DNA of 64,000 nucleotides from an uncultured Pseudomonadales bacterium (lineage in GTDB: Bacteria > Pseudomonadota > Gammaproteobacteria > Pseudomonadales > Azotimanducaceae), in NCBI GenBank assembly GCA_943788825.1, contig CALSRT010000009.1, positions 61,743 to 125,742 of the forward strand, given 5' to 3'. A model generated the notes under the pieces. That model was not told the origin of the DNA. It did not search any database and was given only the letters and a program-made list of their open reading frames with translations. Below, piece by piece: positions 9,851-19,547 of the stretch; within the stretch, counting starts at the first letter, position 1, and each line of letters begins with the position of its first letter. Both the position numbers and the translations under genes were made by a program.

Positions 9851-10633
9851 ATGCTCATGACCGAAAAGCTGTTGCTAGAGATTAAAGACCACACTGCCAT
9901 CATCACCATCAATAATCCCGCCGCCAATACCTGGGATGCTGAGAATCTCACTGCGTTACGGGATAGGGTAGTTGAATTGAACGCCAATGATGAGATCTAT
10001 TCGCTGGTGATCACTGGTCAAGGGGAAAAGTTCTTTTCTGCCGGGGCTGACCTAAAAATGTTTGCCTCTGGTGATAAGCAGGTGGCGCGGGACCTGGCGG
10101 AAAAATTCGGCGCCGCTTTTGAAGCCCTGGCAAATTTCCGCGGTGTCTCTATCGCTGCGATCAATGGCTACGCCATGGGGGGTGGCCTTGAATGTGCCAT
10201 GGCCTGTGATATCCGCATCGCCGAAACTCAGGCCGTGATGGCCCTGCCGGAAGCCACTGTGGGTTTGTTGCCGGCAGGGTTGGGCACGCAACACCTGGCT
10301 TGGTTGGTGGGTGAAGGCTGGGCAAAGCGCATGATTCTCTGCGGCGAGCGGGTGGACGCGGCAACCGCGGAACGTATTGGGTTAATCGAAGAAGTGGTTG
10401 CCAAAGGTGAAGCCCTGACTAGCGCCATGGCGCTGGCGGCCAAGGTGGAAGGTCAGAGCCCGACTAGCGTCAGCGCCTGCAAACGACTGATTCAGGCGGC
10501 GCGATCAGGCAACATCACCGATGCCTACCAGGCTGAGCGCGACGCCTTTGTGAACCTGTTTGATACTCAGGATCAGGCAGAAGGCGTCAATGCCTTCCTG
10601 CAGAAGCGTCAGCCACAATGGAAGAATGCCTAA
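9851..10633 (+). CDS. enoyl-CoA hydratase (crotonase family)
   Basis: 260 aa. Crotonase motifs FFSAGADLK and INGYAMGGGLECAMACDIRIA. Confidence 0.85.
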   Translation: MLMTEKLLLEIKDHTAIITINNPAANTWDAENLTALRDRVVELNANDEIYSLVITGQGEKFFSAGADLKMFASGDKQVARDLAEKFGAAFEALANFRGVSIAAINGYAMGGGLECAMACDIRIAETQAVMALPEATVGLLPAGLGTQHLAWLVGEGWAKRMILCGERVDAATAERIGLIEEVVAKGEALTSAMALAAKVEGQSPTSVSACKRLIQAARSGNITDAYQAERDAFVNLFDTQDQAEGVNAFLQKRQPQWKNA

Positions 10634-10636
10634 ACT

Positions 10637-11768
10637 ATGACTGATGTCTTGTTATTTGAAACTGTGCCGGGCCAGCAAGGCAGTAAGCTGGGTCTGGTGA
10701 CGCTGAATGCGCCGGCGACATTGAATAGCCTGAGCCTCGAGATGATCGACTTGCTGATGCCGCAGCTGATCGCCTGGCGTGAAGACGATGCTATCGCCAT
10801 GGTCATATTCCAGAGCAGCAACGACAAGGCATTCTCCGCCGGTGGTGATATTCAGGCTTTGTATCAGTCCATGGTGGCGCATCCTGGTGGACCGAACCCT
10901 TATGCAGAAGCTTTTTTTGAGCGCGAGTATCGGCTTGATTACCTGATTCATACTTACCCAAAACCGACTTTGGTCTGGGCCCACGGCATTGTCATGGGGG
11001 GCGGTCTGGGCATCATGGGGGGCTGCAGTCATCGAATTGGCACGCAATCGACGAGATTAGCCTTGCCGGAAATCACCATCGGGCTATTCCCTGATGCCGG
11101 TGCCACCTGGTTTCTGAGTCAGATGCCGCGACACTGGGCTTACTTTATGGCCTGGACGGGTTGTCAGTTGAATGCCCAGGATGGCTTGGTAGTGGGCTTG
11201 ATTGATCACCTGCTCGATTACGCTGAACAAGCGGCCATACTTGAATGTCTGACAAACGAAACCTGGAGCGCTGATGGTGAGGCGAACAAGCAGCGGCTGA
11301 GTCAGATTTTGCAAGATGCCGCAGGCGCCGCTTCCAAACTTTCCACCGAGTCAATTAGTTCCTCATGAAGCGAGAATTTTGGCAGTGATGGATCAGGTGT
11401 TGGCCAGTGAGAAGCCAGTATCGGCATTTTATGCTGCAGTGGATGACTTCGCTGACGATAAATTTCTGGCTCGTGCTGCCAACGGTATCAAGCGCGGATC
11501 TCCGACCACGGCGCATATCATTCACGAGCAGCTCAAGCGGGCCGACGGCATGTCGCTGCAGCAGACCTTTGAACTTGAGCTGGTGATTGCCGTGCAATGC
11601 AGTCGCCATCCTGACTTTACAGAAGGGGTGAGGGCGCTGTTGATCGATAAGGACAACCAGCCCCAGTGGCGATTTGGCAGTGTTGATGCTGTCCCATCGG
11701 AGTGGCTGCAAGAGCACTTCACACCACCTTGGGATGTTAACCCATTGGCAGATATGTCAGATCGTTAA
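10637..11768 (+). pseudogene. 3-hydroxyisobutyryl-CoA hydrolase (enoyl-CoA hydratase/isomerase family), interrupted by a +1 frameshift
   Basis: ORF 10637..11368 (243 aa; AFSAGGDIQ, GIVMGGGLGIMGG) and ORF 11316..11768 (150 aa; GSPTTAHIIHEQL, DFTEGVRALLIDKDNQPQW) together give a protein of about 370 aa, typical of this family. The second frame is open only from 11301, so the shift lies within 11301-11368. Confidence 0.75.
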
Positions 11769-11794
11769 GTCTTGGTAGACAAGGAGTTTTTTGA

Positions 11795-12706
11795 ATGACA
11801 GATATTGGATTTATTGGTCTGGGTAACATGGGTGGACCCATGGCTGCGAATCTGCTGAAGGCGGGTTACAAGGTTAAAGTCTTTGATTTGGTGCCGGCGG
11901 CACTGGCGGAGCTTGAATCCCTCGGCGCGACAGCCTGCGAGAGTGCCGCAGAGGCCGTGCTTGATGTTGATGTCGTTGTTTCCATGCTGCCCGCTTCAGT
12001 GCACGTCGAGCGCCTCTATCTTGGCGATGGTATGAGCGACAAGGGTATTTTATCGCGTATATCGCCTGCCACCCTCGTGATTGACTGCAGCACCATTGCC
12101 TCCGCGTCTGCGCAGAAGGTCTCTGCAGCCGCTGGCGAACGTGGCATCACCATGCTTGACGCCCCCGTGTCAGGTGGCGTAGGCGGTGCTGTTGGCGGCA
12201 CCTTAACCTTTATTGTGGGTGGTTCTGCCGCTGGGCTGGCAAGCGCTAGGCCCATTCTTGAGATCATGGGCAAGAATATTTTTCATGCCGGCGCTGCCGG
12301 TGCCGGTCAGGTCGCAAAAATTTGTAATAACATGCTGCTATCGGTCCTGATGACAGGCACCGCCGAGGCGCTGCAGTTGGGCGTTGATAACGGTTTGGAT
12401 CCTGCGGTTTTGTCCGAGATTATGCGCAAGAGCTCCGGCGGTAACTGGGCTTTGGAAGTTTATAATCCCTATCCGGGTGTCATGGATGGTGTGCCTGCCT
12501 CGAAAGACTATGCTGGTGGTTTTTTGGTGGATCTGATGATCAAGGACTTGGGTTTGGCGATGGAAGCTGCGCTGGCCAAGGGTTCAGCCACGCCCATGGG
12601 TTCGCTGGCGCGTAATCTTTACATTTCCCATGGCAAGGATGGCTTTGGTCGAAAGGACTTTTCCAGCATACAAAGAGTTTTCCTGAAGGCCGCTAACGAA
12701 GATTAA
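11795..12706 (+). CDS. mmsB: 3-hydroxyisobutyrate dehydrogenase
   Basis: N-terminal IGFIGLGNMGGPMAANL NAD-binding motif. 303 aa. Last gene of the valine-catabolism operon. Confidence 0.9.
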   Translation: MTDIGFIGLGNMGGPMAANLLKAGYKVKVFDLVPAALAELESLGATACESAAEAVLDVDVVVSMLPASVHVERLYLGDGMSDKGILSRISPATLVIDCSTIASASAQKVSAAAGERGITMLDAPVSGGVGGAVGGTLTFIVGGSAAGLASARPILEIMGKNIFHAGAAGAGQVAKICNNMLLSVLMTGTAEALQLGVDNGLDPAVLSEIMRKSSGGNWALEVYNPYPGVMDGVPASKDYAGGFLVDLMIKDLGLAMEAALAKGSATPMGSLARNLYISHGKDGFGRKDFSSIQRVFLKAANED

Positions 12707-12764
12707 GGACTGGTGGGCAGAAGTTCTTCAATCAGCCGTAGAACCGACCTTAGCCATGCTGGCG

Positions 12765-13604
12765 TTAGAGTACTTCACTTAACGCCAGCTTTGCGCCGGT
12801 CTCAAGCTGGCCAGTGATTGAGTCATGGGGTTCGTTATCGCCTTGGTCAGCGGAAATTTGCACGACGGCCAGAAACTGCTGGCCAGCAACAGCGACGACT
12901 TGGCCGAGTTGGCCGCCAGTGGCAGATAAAATTGGAGTGCCAGGCACAACCGGCGTGTCGCTCTGGCCTCGGTGCAGTCGACGTTTGAGTACACCCCGGT
13001 ACTGCATTCGCGCAACAATCTCCTGGCCAAGGTAGCAACCCTTGGTAAAGCTGATCCCGCCAAAGCGCTGTAGATTAAGCATCTGTGGAATTAACGCTTC
13101 GCTAGTGGCCTCTTCAAGCCAGACATAGCCCTCATTGAGCTCGGCGAGTTGCCACTCGGCATAACGCTTTGGATCGTCACACGTTGCAACGTTCGGCTGG
13201 CACCAGTGTTCGTAGCGTGGTCCGACAGTCGAGACCTGGATCGTGATGCAGTCGCTGGTCGGTTGCGTGGTAGCGGCAGCCAATGGGCCGATACTGCCAT
13301 GGCAATGATAGATAGCGGACTCGTCTTTGAGCGTGGCCTTGGAGAAGACAATATACTTTTTCAGGAACGTCATGGTGGGCTCAATCAAGGACACGTGCAT
13401 TCGCAGCAGGAATCCTTGTTCGATGGCGACGATCCGGTAGTTCGTCAGCATTCGACCCTGAATGTTACAGGTCGCGCCAATACCATGGCCGCCGGGTTTC
13501 AGAAGCTCGAGATCACAGGTGGTATAGCCCTGAAGAAATTTCAGGGCATCACGGCCGGTGATCGACAGGAAACCAAAGTCAGGGAGTTGGATGACATCAT
13601 TCAT
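12765..13604 (-). CDS. ygfZ: tRNA-modifying folate-binding protein YgfZ (CAF17 family)
   Basis: FGFLSITGRDALKFLQGYTTCDL and KGCYLGQEIVARMQYRG motifs. I prefer the ATG at 13604 over the upstream ORF opening at 13652. Confidence 0.85.
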   Translation of the reverse strand: MNDVIQLPDFGFLSITGRDALKFLQGYTTCDLELLKPGGHGIGATCNIQGRMLTNYRIVAIEQGFLLRMHVSLIEPTMTFLKKYIVFSKATLKDESAIYHCHGSIGPLAAATTQPTSDCITIQVSTVGPRYEHWCQPNVATCDDPKRYAEWQLAELNEGYVWLEEATSEALIPQMLNLQRFGGISFTKGCYLGQEIVARMQYRGVLKRRLHRGQSDTPVVPGTPILSATGGQLGQVVAVAGQQFLAVVQISADQGDNEPHDSITGQLETGAKLALSEVL

Positions 13605-13676
13605 AGTATCTATTCTACATCTCGGTCGAGCGGAAGCGGTATAATTTTCCAACTATCATTTTGAAATAGAAACGAC

Positions 13677-13934
13677 ATGACTGAAAATTTGGAACTTAAC
13701 CGCATGCGCTGGCGCTGTCGGCGCGGCTTGCTCGAGCTTGATTTGCTGTTGGGCCCCTTCTTTGAAGCGATGTATTTGACCCTGGATGCTGACCAACAGC
13801 TCAATTTTCAGCGCTTGCTGGAACAGGAGGACCCAGATTTGCTTGAGTGGTTTAGTCAAAAGTCGAGATCTACAGACCCCGGTATGGCAGCACTGGTGGA
13901 TTTGATGTTGAAACGGGTGCAACCGCCCAGCTAG
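13677..13934 (+). CDS. sdhE: FAD assembly factor SdhE (YgfY/CptB)
   Basis: 85 aa with RMRWRCRRGLLELDLLLGPFFE, the conserved SdhE RGxxE core. Divergent from ygfZ, as in E. coli and Pseudomonas. Confidence 0.9.
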   Translation: MTENLELNRMRWRCRRGLLELDLLLGPFFEAMYLTLDADQQLNFQRLLEQEDPDLLEWFSQKSRSTDPGMAALVDLMLKRVQPPS

Positions 13935-14058
13935 CATTGCTGTGATAGTGGTGAGGCCAATTCGATAGTTAAGCCCAGCCGAAATGGCCAGCGCGGTGGA
14001 AGCTAGGGCCTGTTTTGAAGTTTACGTCAATCGGACATTTTGTCGCAGGACTAACGAG

Positions 14059-14508
14059 ATGATCTCGCCACTAGTGACCCAGCAACTTAGTCTGCGGCTC
14101 CAAGCGTCCGCCATCTACTGTTTGTTGGTGACCTTATTACATGGGGCCGCAGGCTTTGGGCTTTGGCTGCTGGGGCTGCCCGACTACTGGTCTGCGGCCA
14201 TTGGCTTTGTGCTCCTTACGTCTTGGTTGGCGGCCTTGCTGCGGGATGGATTGCGGCGTGGCCCGGGTGCAATCACGGGCCTGAAGCTACAAGCTGGCGT
14301 TTGGTCTTTATGTACGCGGCAAGGCGGTGAGGTTGTGGTTACCCTGTTGGCGAGTCAAGTGCTGATGAGTTGGCTGGTCGTGATACGCTTCGAAGCCTTT
14401 GACGGCCAACGAATGGCTGTGGCTCTGTTGCCGGATAGTCTCCCCCCACAGCGTTTTCGACATGTCAGGGCTTTATTGCGGCTTGGGTTGGCTAATCGCG
14501 CTGATTAG
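14059..14508 (+). CDS. YgfX (CptA)-like inner membrane protein
   Basis: Lies immediately downstream of sdhE. Two predicted TM helices ([36 protein letters not shown]). The call rests on synteny and topology only. I prefer ATG 14059 to the ORF opening at 13984. Confidence 0.6.
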   Translation: MISPLVTQQLSLRLQASAIYCLLVTLLHGAAGFGLWLLGLPDYWSAAIGFVLLTSWLAALLRDGLRRGPGAITGLKLQAGVWSLCTRQGGEVVVTLLASQVLMSWLVVIRFEAFDGQRMAVALLPDSLPPQRFRHVRALLRLGLANRAD

Positions 14509-16112
14509 CCATAGTTGAAGGGCGTCAGGATGGTGTCTTGGGCCGTCGGTAGCAAATTGGGGTAGTCCAGGGTGTAATGTAATCCGCGACTTTCATGACG
14601 TCGAATAGCTGACTGAATGATCAATTCAGCGACCGTAATCAGATTACGCAGCTCGAGTAAATCATTGGTAATCTTGTAATTGCTGTAATATTCGCCGACC
14701 TCTTGAGACAACAGGCGGGTTCGTCGCCGGGCCCGCTGCAGCCGTTTATTGGTGCGGACGATGCCCACGTAGTCCCACATAAATCGTCTGAGTTCATCCC
14801 AATTGTGCGATATGACCACATCCTCGTCAGAGTCAGTAACCTGAGATTCATCCCAATCCGGTATCTCGATATGAGGCATAGGTGATTGCGGCTGCTGTTG
14901 AATATGTTGGGCCGCCGCCGTGGCAAACACCATACATTCCAGTAAAGAGTTGCTCGCCATTCGGTTTGCGCCGTGTAGGCCGGTGAAACTTGATTCGCCA
15001 ATCGCGTATAAATTGGGGATGTCAGTCGCGCCGTTGATGTCGGTAGTGATGCCACCGCAAGTATAATGCGCGGCAGGCACCACAGGGATCGGCGACTGCG
15101 TGATGTCTATTCCCAGCTCCAGACAGCGAGCGTAGATAGTCGGAAAATGGCTGGTAATAAAGTCTTTGTCCTTGTGGCTGATATCCAGATACACACAGTC
15201 ACAACCCAGGCGTTTCATTTCGTGGTCTATGGCTCTGGCGACAATGTCCCGCGGGGCCAATTCCCCGCGTTCATCGAAATGTTTCATAAATGGTGTCCCG
15301 TCGGGTAACACCAGACGCGCACCCTCGCCGCGTAAGGCCTCACTGATCAGAAAAGATTTAGCGTCAGGGTGGTAAAGGCAGGTAGGGTGGAATTGGTTAA
15401 ATTCCATGTTGCCCACCCGGCAGCCGGCCCGCCAGGCCATGGCTATGCCGTCGCCGGAGGCGGTATCCGGATTGCTGGTATAAAGGTAGACCTTGCTCGC
15501 GCCACCAGTGGCTAGGACGACGTAACGGGCTTTAAACAGCTCCACTTCCTGGGTCGCCAGATTCAGGGCGTAGGCGCCAAGACAGCGTTTGCCGGACTGG
15601 CCCAATTCATCTTCAGTGATCAGGTCCACTGCGGCATAGCGTTCAAATAGACTAACATTCTCCCGTTGCAGCAGATGCTGGGCCAGCGTGCTGCCGATTT
15701 CTCGACCGGTAGCATCAGCGGCATGGATAACCCGTCGGTGGCTGTGACCGCCTTCCTGTGTGAGATGAAACTCCTGACGCCCGTTTGCCTGAGTTTCAAC
15801 ATCGAATTTGACGCCCAGGTCTACCAGCCACTCGATCACAGACGGGCTCTGTTCTACCGTATATTTGACCACATCGTGGTGACAGAGCCCGGCACCAGCG
15901 ACGAGAGTATCCTGAATGTGCGAGTCAGTACTGTCGTATTCGTCCAGTACCGCGGCAACCCCGCCTTGGGCATAGTAGGTAGACCCCTCGCTGCTGACAT
16001 CTTTGCAAAGCATTGCAACTTGGAAGTCGGCGCTGAGTTTCAGTGCCAATGTCATGCCCGCAGCACCGCTGCCAATAATGAGTACGTCGTGTTGGTATGA
16101 TTTTGTGCTCAA
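14505..16112 (-). CDS. nadB: L-aspartate oxidase
   Basis: [21 protein letters not shown] motif and full-length similarity to the NadB architecture. The ORF opens at 16178, but a TTG at 16112 ([22 protein letters not shown] 9 nt upstream) fits known N-termini better. The start is uncertain. Confidence 0.9.
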   Translation of the reverse strand: MSTKSYQHDVLIIGSGAAGMTLALKLSADFQVAMLCKDVSSEGSTYYAQGGVAAVLDEYDSTDSHIQDTLVAGAGLCHHDVVKYTVEQSPSVIEWLVDLGVKFDVETQANGRQEFHLTQEGGHSHRRVIHAADATGREIGSTLAQHLLQRENVSLFERYAAVDLITEDELGQSGKRCLGAYALNLATQEVELFKARYVVLATGGASKVYLYTSNPDTASGDGIAMAWRAGCRVGNMEFNQFHPTCLYHPDAKSFLISEALRGEGARLVLPDGTPFMKHFDERGELAPRDIVARAIDHEMKRLGCDCVYLDISHKDKDFITSHFPTIYARCLELGIDITQSPIPVVPAAHYTCGGITTDINGATDIPNLYAIGESSFTGLHGANRMASNSLLECMVFATAAAQHIQQQPQSPMPHIEIPDWDESQVTDSDEDVVISHNWDELRRFMWDYVGIVRTNKRLQRARRRTRLLSQEVGEYYSNYKITNDLLELRNLITVAELIIQSAIRRHESRGLHYTLDYPNLLPTAQDTILTPFNYG

Positions 16113-16295
16113 GTTTTCGGGCCTTCTAAAAGCAAGATTGGGAAGCGAAATGGGAGTCTCGCACCGACTGAACCGCAAGATTACCCAATGACTTGAACAA
16201 AAGCATAATTTTTATCACTTTAGGACACTCCGATGCTCGTTGCTGGTATTATTTGCGCGATAAAATAAAATTTTTAACGTTCTTGCCTGGCTCAC

Positions 16296-16322
16296 GAACT
16301 TATACTTACAAACAGTGTCTAT
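16296..16322 (+). promoter_or_regulatory. sigma-E (AlgU/RpoE)-type promoter candidate upstream of rpoE
   Basis: GAACTT (16296-16301), 16-nt spacer, TCTAT (16318-16322). Consensus is GAACTT-N16/17-TCnnA. Lies about 50 nt upstream of the rpoE start, consistent with known autoregulation. Confidence 0.5.
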
Positions 16323-16374
16323 GAGTTTAAGAATTTGACCGGCAGTTCAATTTAACGCGGTTACGGGAGTGCCG

Positions 16375-16950
16375 GTGAAATTTCAAGGGGAGACAGATCG
16401 CCAATTGGTCGAGCGCGTGCAGCGCGGGGACAAGAGTGCCTACGATCTATTGGTGCTCAAGTACCAGCATCGTATTGTCAGTCTGGTGAGCCGCTATATG
16501 CGGGACCAAGACGAGGTGCTTGACGTGACTCAGGAGGCGTTTATTAAGGCTTACCGGGCTCTCCCTGGTTTCCGTGGGGACAGTGCGTTTTATACTTGGC
16601 TCTATCGGATTGCGATTAATACGGCGAAAAACTATCTGGTGTCCCGCTCCAGACGGCCGCCAGATTCAGATATTGACGTGGATCAGGGCGATTATCAGGG
16701 CGAGACGCTGGCGTTAAGTGACATTGAGAGCCCTGAAAATCGGCTGGAGGGTGATCAGCTCGAAGCGGTTGTTTACAAGGCGATTGACGATTTACCCGAA
16801 GAATTGAAAGTCGCTGTAACTTTACGGGAGTTTGACGGTCTGAGTTACGAAGAAATTGCAGGGATCATGGAGTGTCCTGTGGGGACTGTCAGATCGAGAA
16901 TATTCAGGGCCAGGGAGGCGATAGAGAAGAAAATCGCGGCGCTAGGTTAG
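16375..16950 (+). CDS. rpoE: RNA polymerase sigma factor RpoE (AlgU)
   Basis: QLVERVQRGDKSAYDLLVLKYQHRI is nearly identical in pattern to AlgU/RpoE. The ORF opens at GTG 16369, but GTG 16375 has better spacing from the GGGAG Shine-Dalgarno. Confidence 0.95.
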   Translation: MKFQGETDRQLVERVQRGDKSAYDLLVLKYQHRIVSLVSRYMRDQDEVLDVTQEAFIKAYRALPGFRGDSAFYTWLYRIAINTAKNYLVSRSRRPPDSDIDVDQGDYQGETLALSDIESPENRLEGDQLEAVVYKAIDDLPEELKVAVTLREFDGLSYEEIAGIMECPVGTVRSRIFRAREAIEKKIAALG

Positions 16951-16967
16951 GCCGGCGCGCTACTAGC

Positions 16968-17069
16968 CAGATTTATGAGCAGATTTAACAGCAAACAGCT
17001 TTATACAAAGACAGCTTTAGATATAAGACAGCTTTAGACAAAAGACAGCTTTAGACATAAGACAGGCAG
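16968..17069. repeat. compound tandem repeat in the rpoE-rseA spacer (12 bp x2, then 16/17 bp x about 4.5)
   Basis: cagatttatgag / cagatttaacag, followed by units built on ACAGCTTTA starting at 16995, 17011, 17028, 17045 and a partial one at 17062. Confidence 0.85.
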
Positions 17070-17135
17070 CAGTTAGTAACGTAATGATTAACGCGAACTG
17101 ATTTGAAGATACCAGGCAGGCATGAAAAGCCTTCA

Positions 17136-17870
17136 ATGGAAATGAGTGAGATCGAGAGGTTAAACGTGGCGGACAGAATCAAAGAATCGTTATCAGCTTG
17201 GGTAGACGGTGAAGCGAGTGAGATTGAAGTTCATCAGCTCCTTCGACAGTACGGGGCAGATGAATCTGTTATGCAAGATTGGTTAGCATTCCAGCACGCC
17301 CGCGCTACTTTGCGCGGTGACTCCCCGCTAAACCAAGCCCAGCATTTGGCCCTGCACAGCAAGATAAGTGCTGCCATAGCCACTAACGAGCCTGCCCATG
17401 GCAACGATTTCAGCCGATCTACTAATACCCTGCGTCGGCCTACCGCAGTCTGGGCCAAGCCTGCTGGGGGTTTAGCCATTGCGGCGTCTCTTGCGGTGGC
17501 GGTCTTGCTAGGTATCCAGCAACAAGCGCCGAGTGATGTTGCCGGTGTATCTAACGCGGCAACGCCCATGACCAGCAACACAGGGCCTGTGACGGTTCAA
17601 ACTGTCGGTGCAGGTAAGCTGTCAGGCCAAAGTGCGCGACCCTACGTCGATGAGCGCTTTAATGGCGTTGGCAATGACGATGCGCGGGTGTTGACAGCGC
17701 AGCGAGATAACGCGTACGAGACCATTGATGGTCAGCTGGAATTAAAGGCGTTGGATGGAAATAAACAACGGCAGCTGCGTGCTTATCTGCGAGAACACGA
17801 CCAGATGGTACGAATGAACCCGAATACTCGAACCGTGATGTTTGAATCACTCAATGGCGGTAGTCAATAA
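17136..17870 (+). CDS. rseA: anti-sigma-E factor RseA (MucA)
   Basis: N-terminal LSAWVDGEASE motif (anti-sigma N-domain), a central TM segment (GGLAIAASLAVAVLLGI), and its position after rpoE. The start is uncertain: ATG 17136, or GTG 17166, which has a good SD (GAGAGG, 6-nt spacer). Confidence 0.8.
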   Translation: MEMSEIERLNVADRIKESLSAWVDGEASEIEVHQLLRQYGADESVMQDWLAFQHARATLRGDSPLNQAQHLALHSKISAAIATNEPAHGNDFSRSTNTLRRPTAVWAKPAGGLAIAASLAVAVLLGIQQQAPSDVAGVSNAATPMTSNTGPVTVQTVGAGKLSGQSARPYVDERFNGVGNDDARVLTAQRDNAYETIDGQLELKALDGNKQRQLRAYLREHDQMVRMNPNTRTVMFESLNGGSQ

Positions 17871-17902
17871 CCTTATTTTCAGCGAGCCACGGGGCGCTAG
17901 CA

Positions 17903-19084
17903 ATGTGCATAAGTGACTTGAACGCAATTGTGAGAGGGATTTTGAAGACAGTCTCCAAAACAAATTTGAATAAGCAGCGACATGCCTGGAAAGCCAACGG
18001 TTTTGCCGTCTGCTTCGCCTTGAGTGCGAATTGGGCGCTGGCGGTGGCTGAAACTGTTTCTGAGCCTGTTCAGGCGGGTGTCGTTGATAAGCGGTCATCA
18101 GATTTGCCGCAGCGTGTTGTAGCTGACTTGGCAGAGCAAGCATCGGCGAGCGGCGCCGAAGAGGTTGCTGGAGCTGCTATCGAGATAGCTGACGATCAGC
18201 GTGAAGCGCGGGTCTGGCTTGAGAAAATGGGCCAGGCGCTGCGTTTAGGATCCTACGAGGGCATCTTTACCTACATGCGCGGTTATCGATTTGATACGGT
18301 CCAGGTCGCCCATCAGTTCAGGGATGGCGAGGAGTACGAACGGTTAACGCAACTCAATGGCGAGCCTCGTGAGATCGTCAGGGCGGGTGATCTGGTGGTC
18401 TGCAATCATGCTAATACAGATGCTGTAGATCTAGATCATGACTTGCTGATGGGGCCCTTTACCCGTGCCTTTAGCGAGAAAATAAGCACCTACCAATCTG
18501 TTTATCACTTCTCAATGCTTGGCCATGATCGGATTGCCGGTCGTGCTGCTGTGGTTTTGGGTATCTCGCCTAAGAACAATGATCGGTACAGCTATCGATT
18601 ATGGCTTGACGAGGAGACGGGCCTGCTGCTGCAATCCCACTTGATGAACCAAGGCCGAGTACTCGAAGCGTTTCAGTTTTCTCGAATTGACATTGGTAAG
18701 CCCATTGACGAGTCCGCGCTTTTTAGTGCCTTGGGCGAAGATCGAATTCAGCATCAATTGTCTATCGTGCCCCCCACCCTGGTCAGCGAGGCGACTCCTG
18801 TGCAGGCGCCTGCCTGGAAAGTCTCCTGGATACCCCGCGGTTTTAAAGCGGTGCGCATGCCTAATCAGAACCGAGTGTTGTTTACGGACGGTCTCGCAAC
18901 CTTCTCTGTGTTCGTCGATCGCCCGGGTCCAGCTGAGTTGGGTCAGCTGGTGACGCATATGGGCGGTACAGTCGTTATTAGCCGCCAATTGAAAAATTCA
19001 TCCCAGCAGATCACGGTGGTTGGTGAGGTGCCGATGGATACCGCCAAGCGGGTTGCCGAGTCTGTCGAACCCATCATCTACTAA
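17903..19084 (+). CDS. rseB: sigma-E regulatory protein RseB (MucB)
   Basis: Signal peptide followed by the conserved WLEKMGQALRLGSYEGIFTYMRG region matching the MucB/RseB N-domain. A linker of about 50 aa, rich in Ala and acidic residues, sits between the signal peptide and the conserved domain. Confidence 0.85.
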   Translation: MCISDLNAIVRGILKTVSKTNLNKQRHAWKANGFAVCFALSANWALAVAETVSEPVQAGVVDKRSSDLPQRVVADLAEQASASGAEEVAGAAIEIADDQREARVWLEKMGQALRLGSYEGIFTYMRGYRFDTVQVAHQFRDGEEYERLTQLNGEPREIVRAGDLVVCNHANTDAVDLDHDLLMGPFTRAFSEKISTYQSVYHFSMLGHDRIAGRAAVVLGISPKNNDRYSYRLWLDEETGLLLQSHLMNQGRVLEAFQFSRIDIGKPIDESALFSALGEDRIQHQLSIVPPTLVSEATPVQAPAWKVSWIPRGFKAVRMPNQNRVLFTDGLATFSVFVDRPGPAELGQLVTHMGGTVVISRQLKNSSQQITVVGEVPMDTAKRVAESVEPIIY

Positions 19085-19094
19085 GCCAATATTC

Positions 19095-19547
19095 ATGATA
19101 GAAATCAGGGGACGTGTGGTCGCATCTGAGTCAGCAGGCTTATGGATTGAAGCCGCGCCCGGCAGTTGCGATGGCTGCAGGTCTCATTGTCAGCGACAAG
19201 CTGCCGTTTTTTATCTGCCCACCGGTCGAGCCGGCAGTGTCGAGTCCTTGGTTGAATCAGGCCCACCATTAGTCATGCCGAGAGTCATACCGAGAGTCAT
19301 ACCGAACGATGTCGCAGACAGCTCTCAAGTTGTTATCGGCCTTGATTCGGGCGAGCGTCTGAACATTCTTTGGCACTCATTGCTCCTGCCGTTAGTTGGT
19401 CTTTTAATGGGCGTCAGCCTGTCCAGTATCATCAGTTTGACTGATTCCGTAGTGATGATTGGCGCTATACTAGGGTTCGGCATCGGACTGTTCTTTTGCC
19501 AAATACAGACATTCGACAAAATTCATATTAAGAAGGCGGGAAATTAA
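19095..19547 (+). CDS. rseC: sigma-E regulatory protein RseC (MucC, SoxR-reducing system family)
   Basis: About 150 aa. N-terminal GRVVASESAGLWIE...CDGC motif and two C-terminal TM helices. Position in the operon fits. ATG 19095 is preferred over the ORF opening at 19020. Confidence 0.8.
   Translation: MIEIRGRVVASESAGLWIEAAPGSCDGCRSHCQRQAAVFYLPTGRAGSVESLVESGPPLVMPRVIPRVIPNDVADSSQVVIGLDSGERLNILWHSLLLPLVGLLMGVSLSSIISLTDSVVMIGAILGFGIGLFFCQIQTFDKIHIKKAGN
19272..19307. repeat. in-frame 12-bp tandem repeat x3 inside rseC
   Basis: gtcatgccgaga / gtcataccgaga / gtcataccgaac encode VMPR-VIPR-VIPN. Confidence 0.8.
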
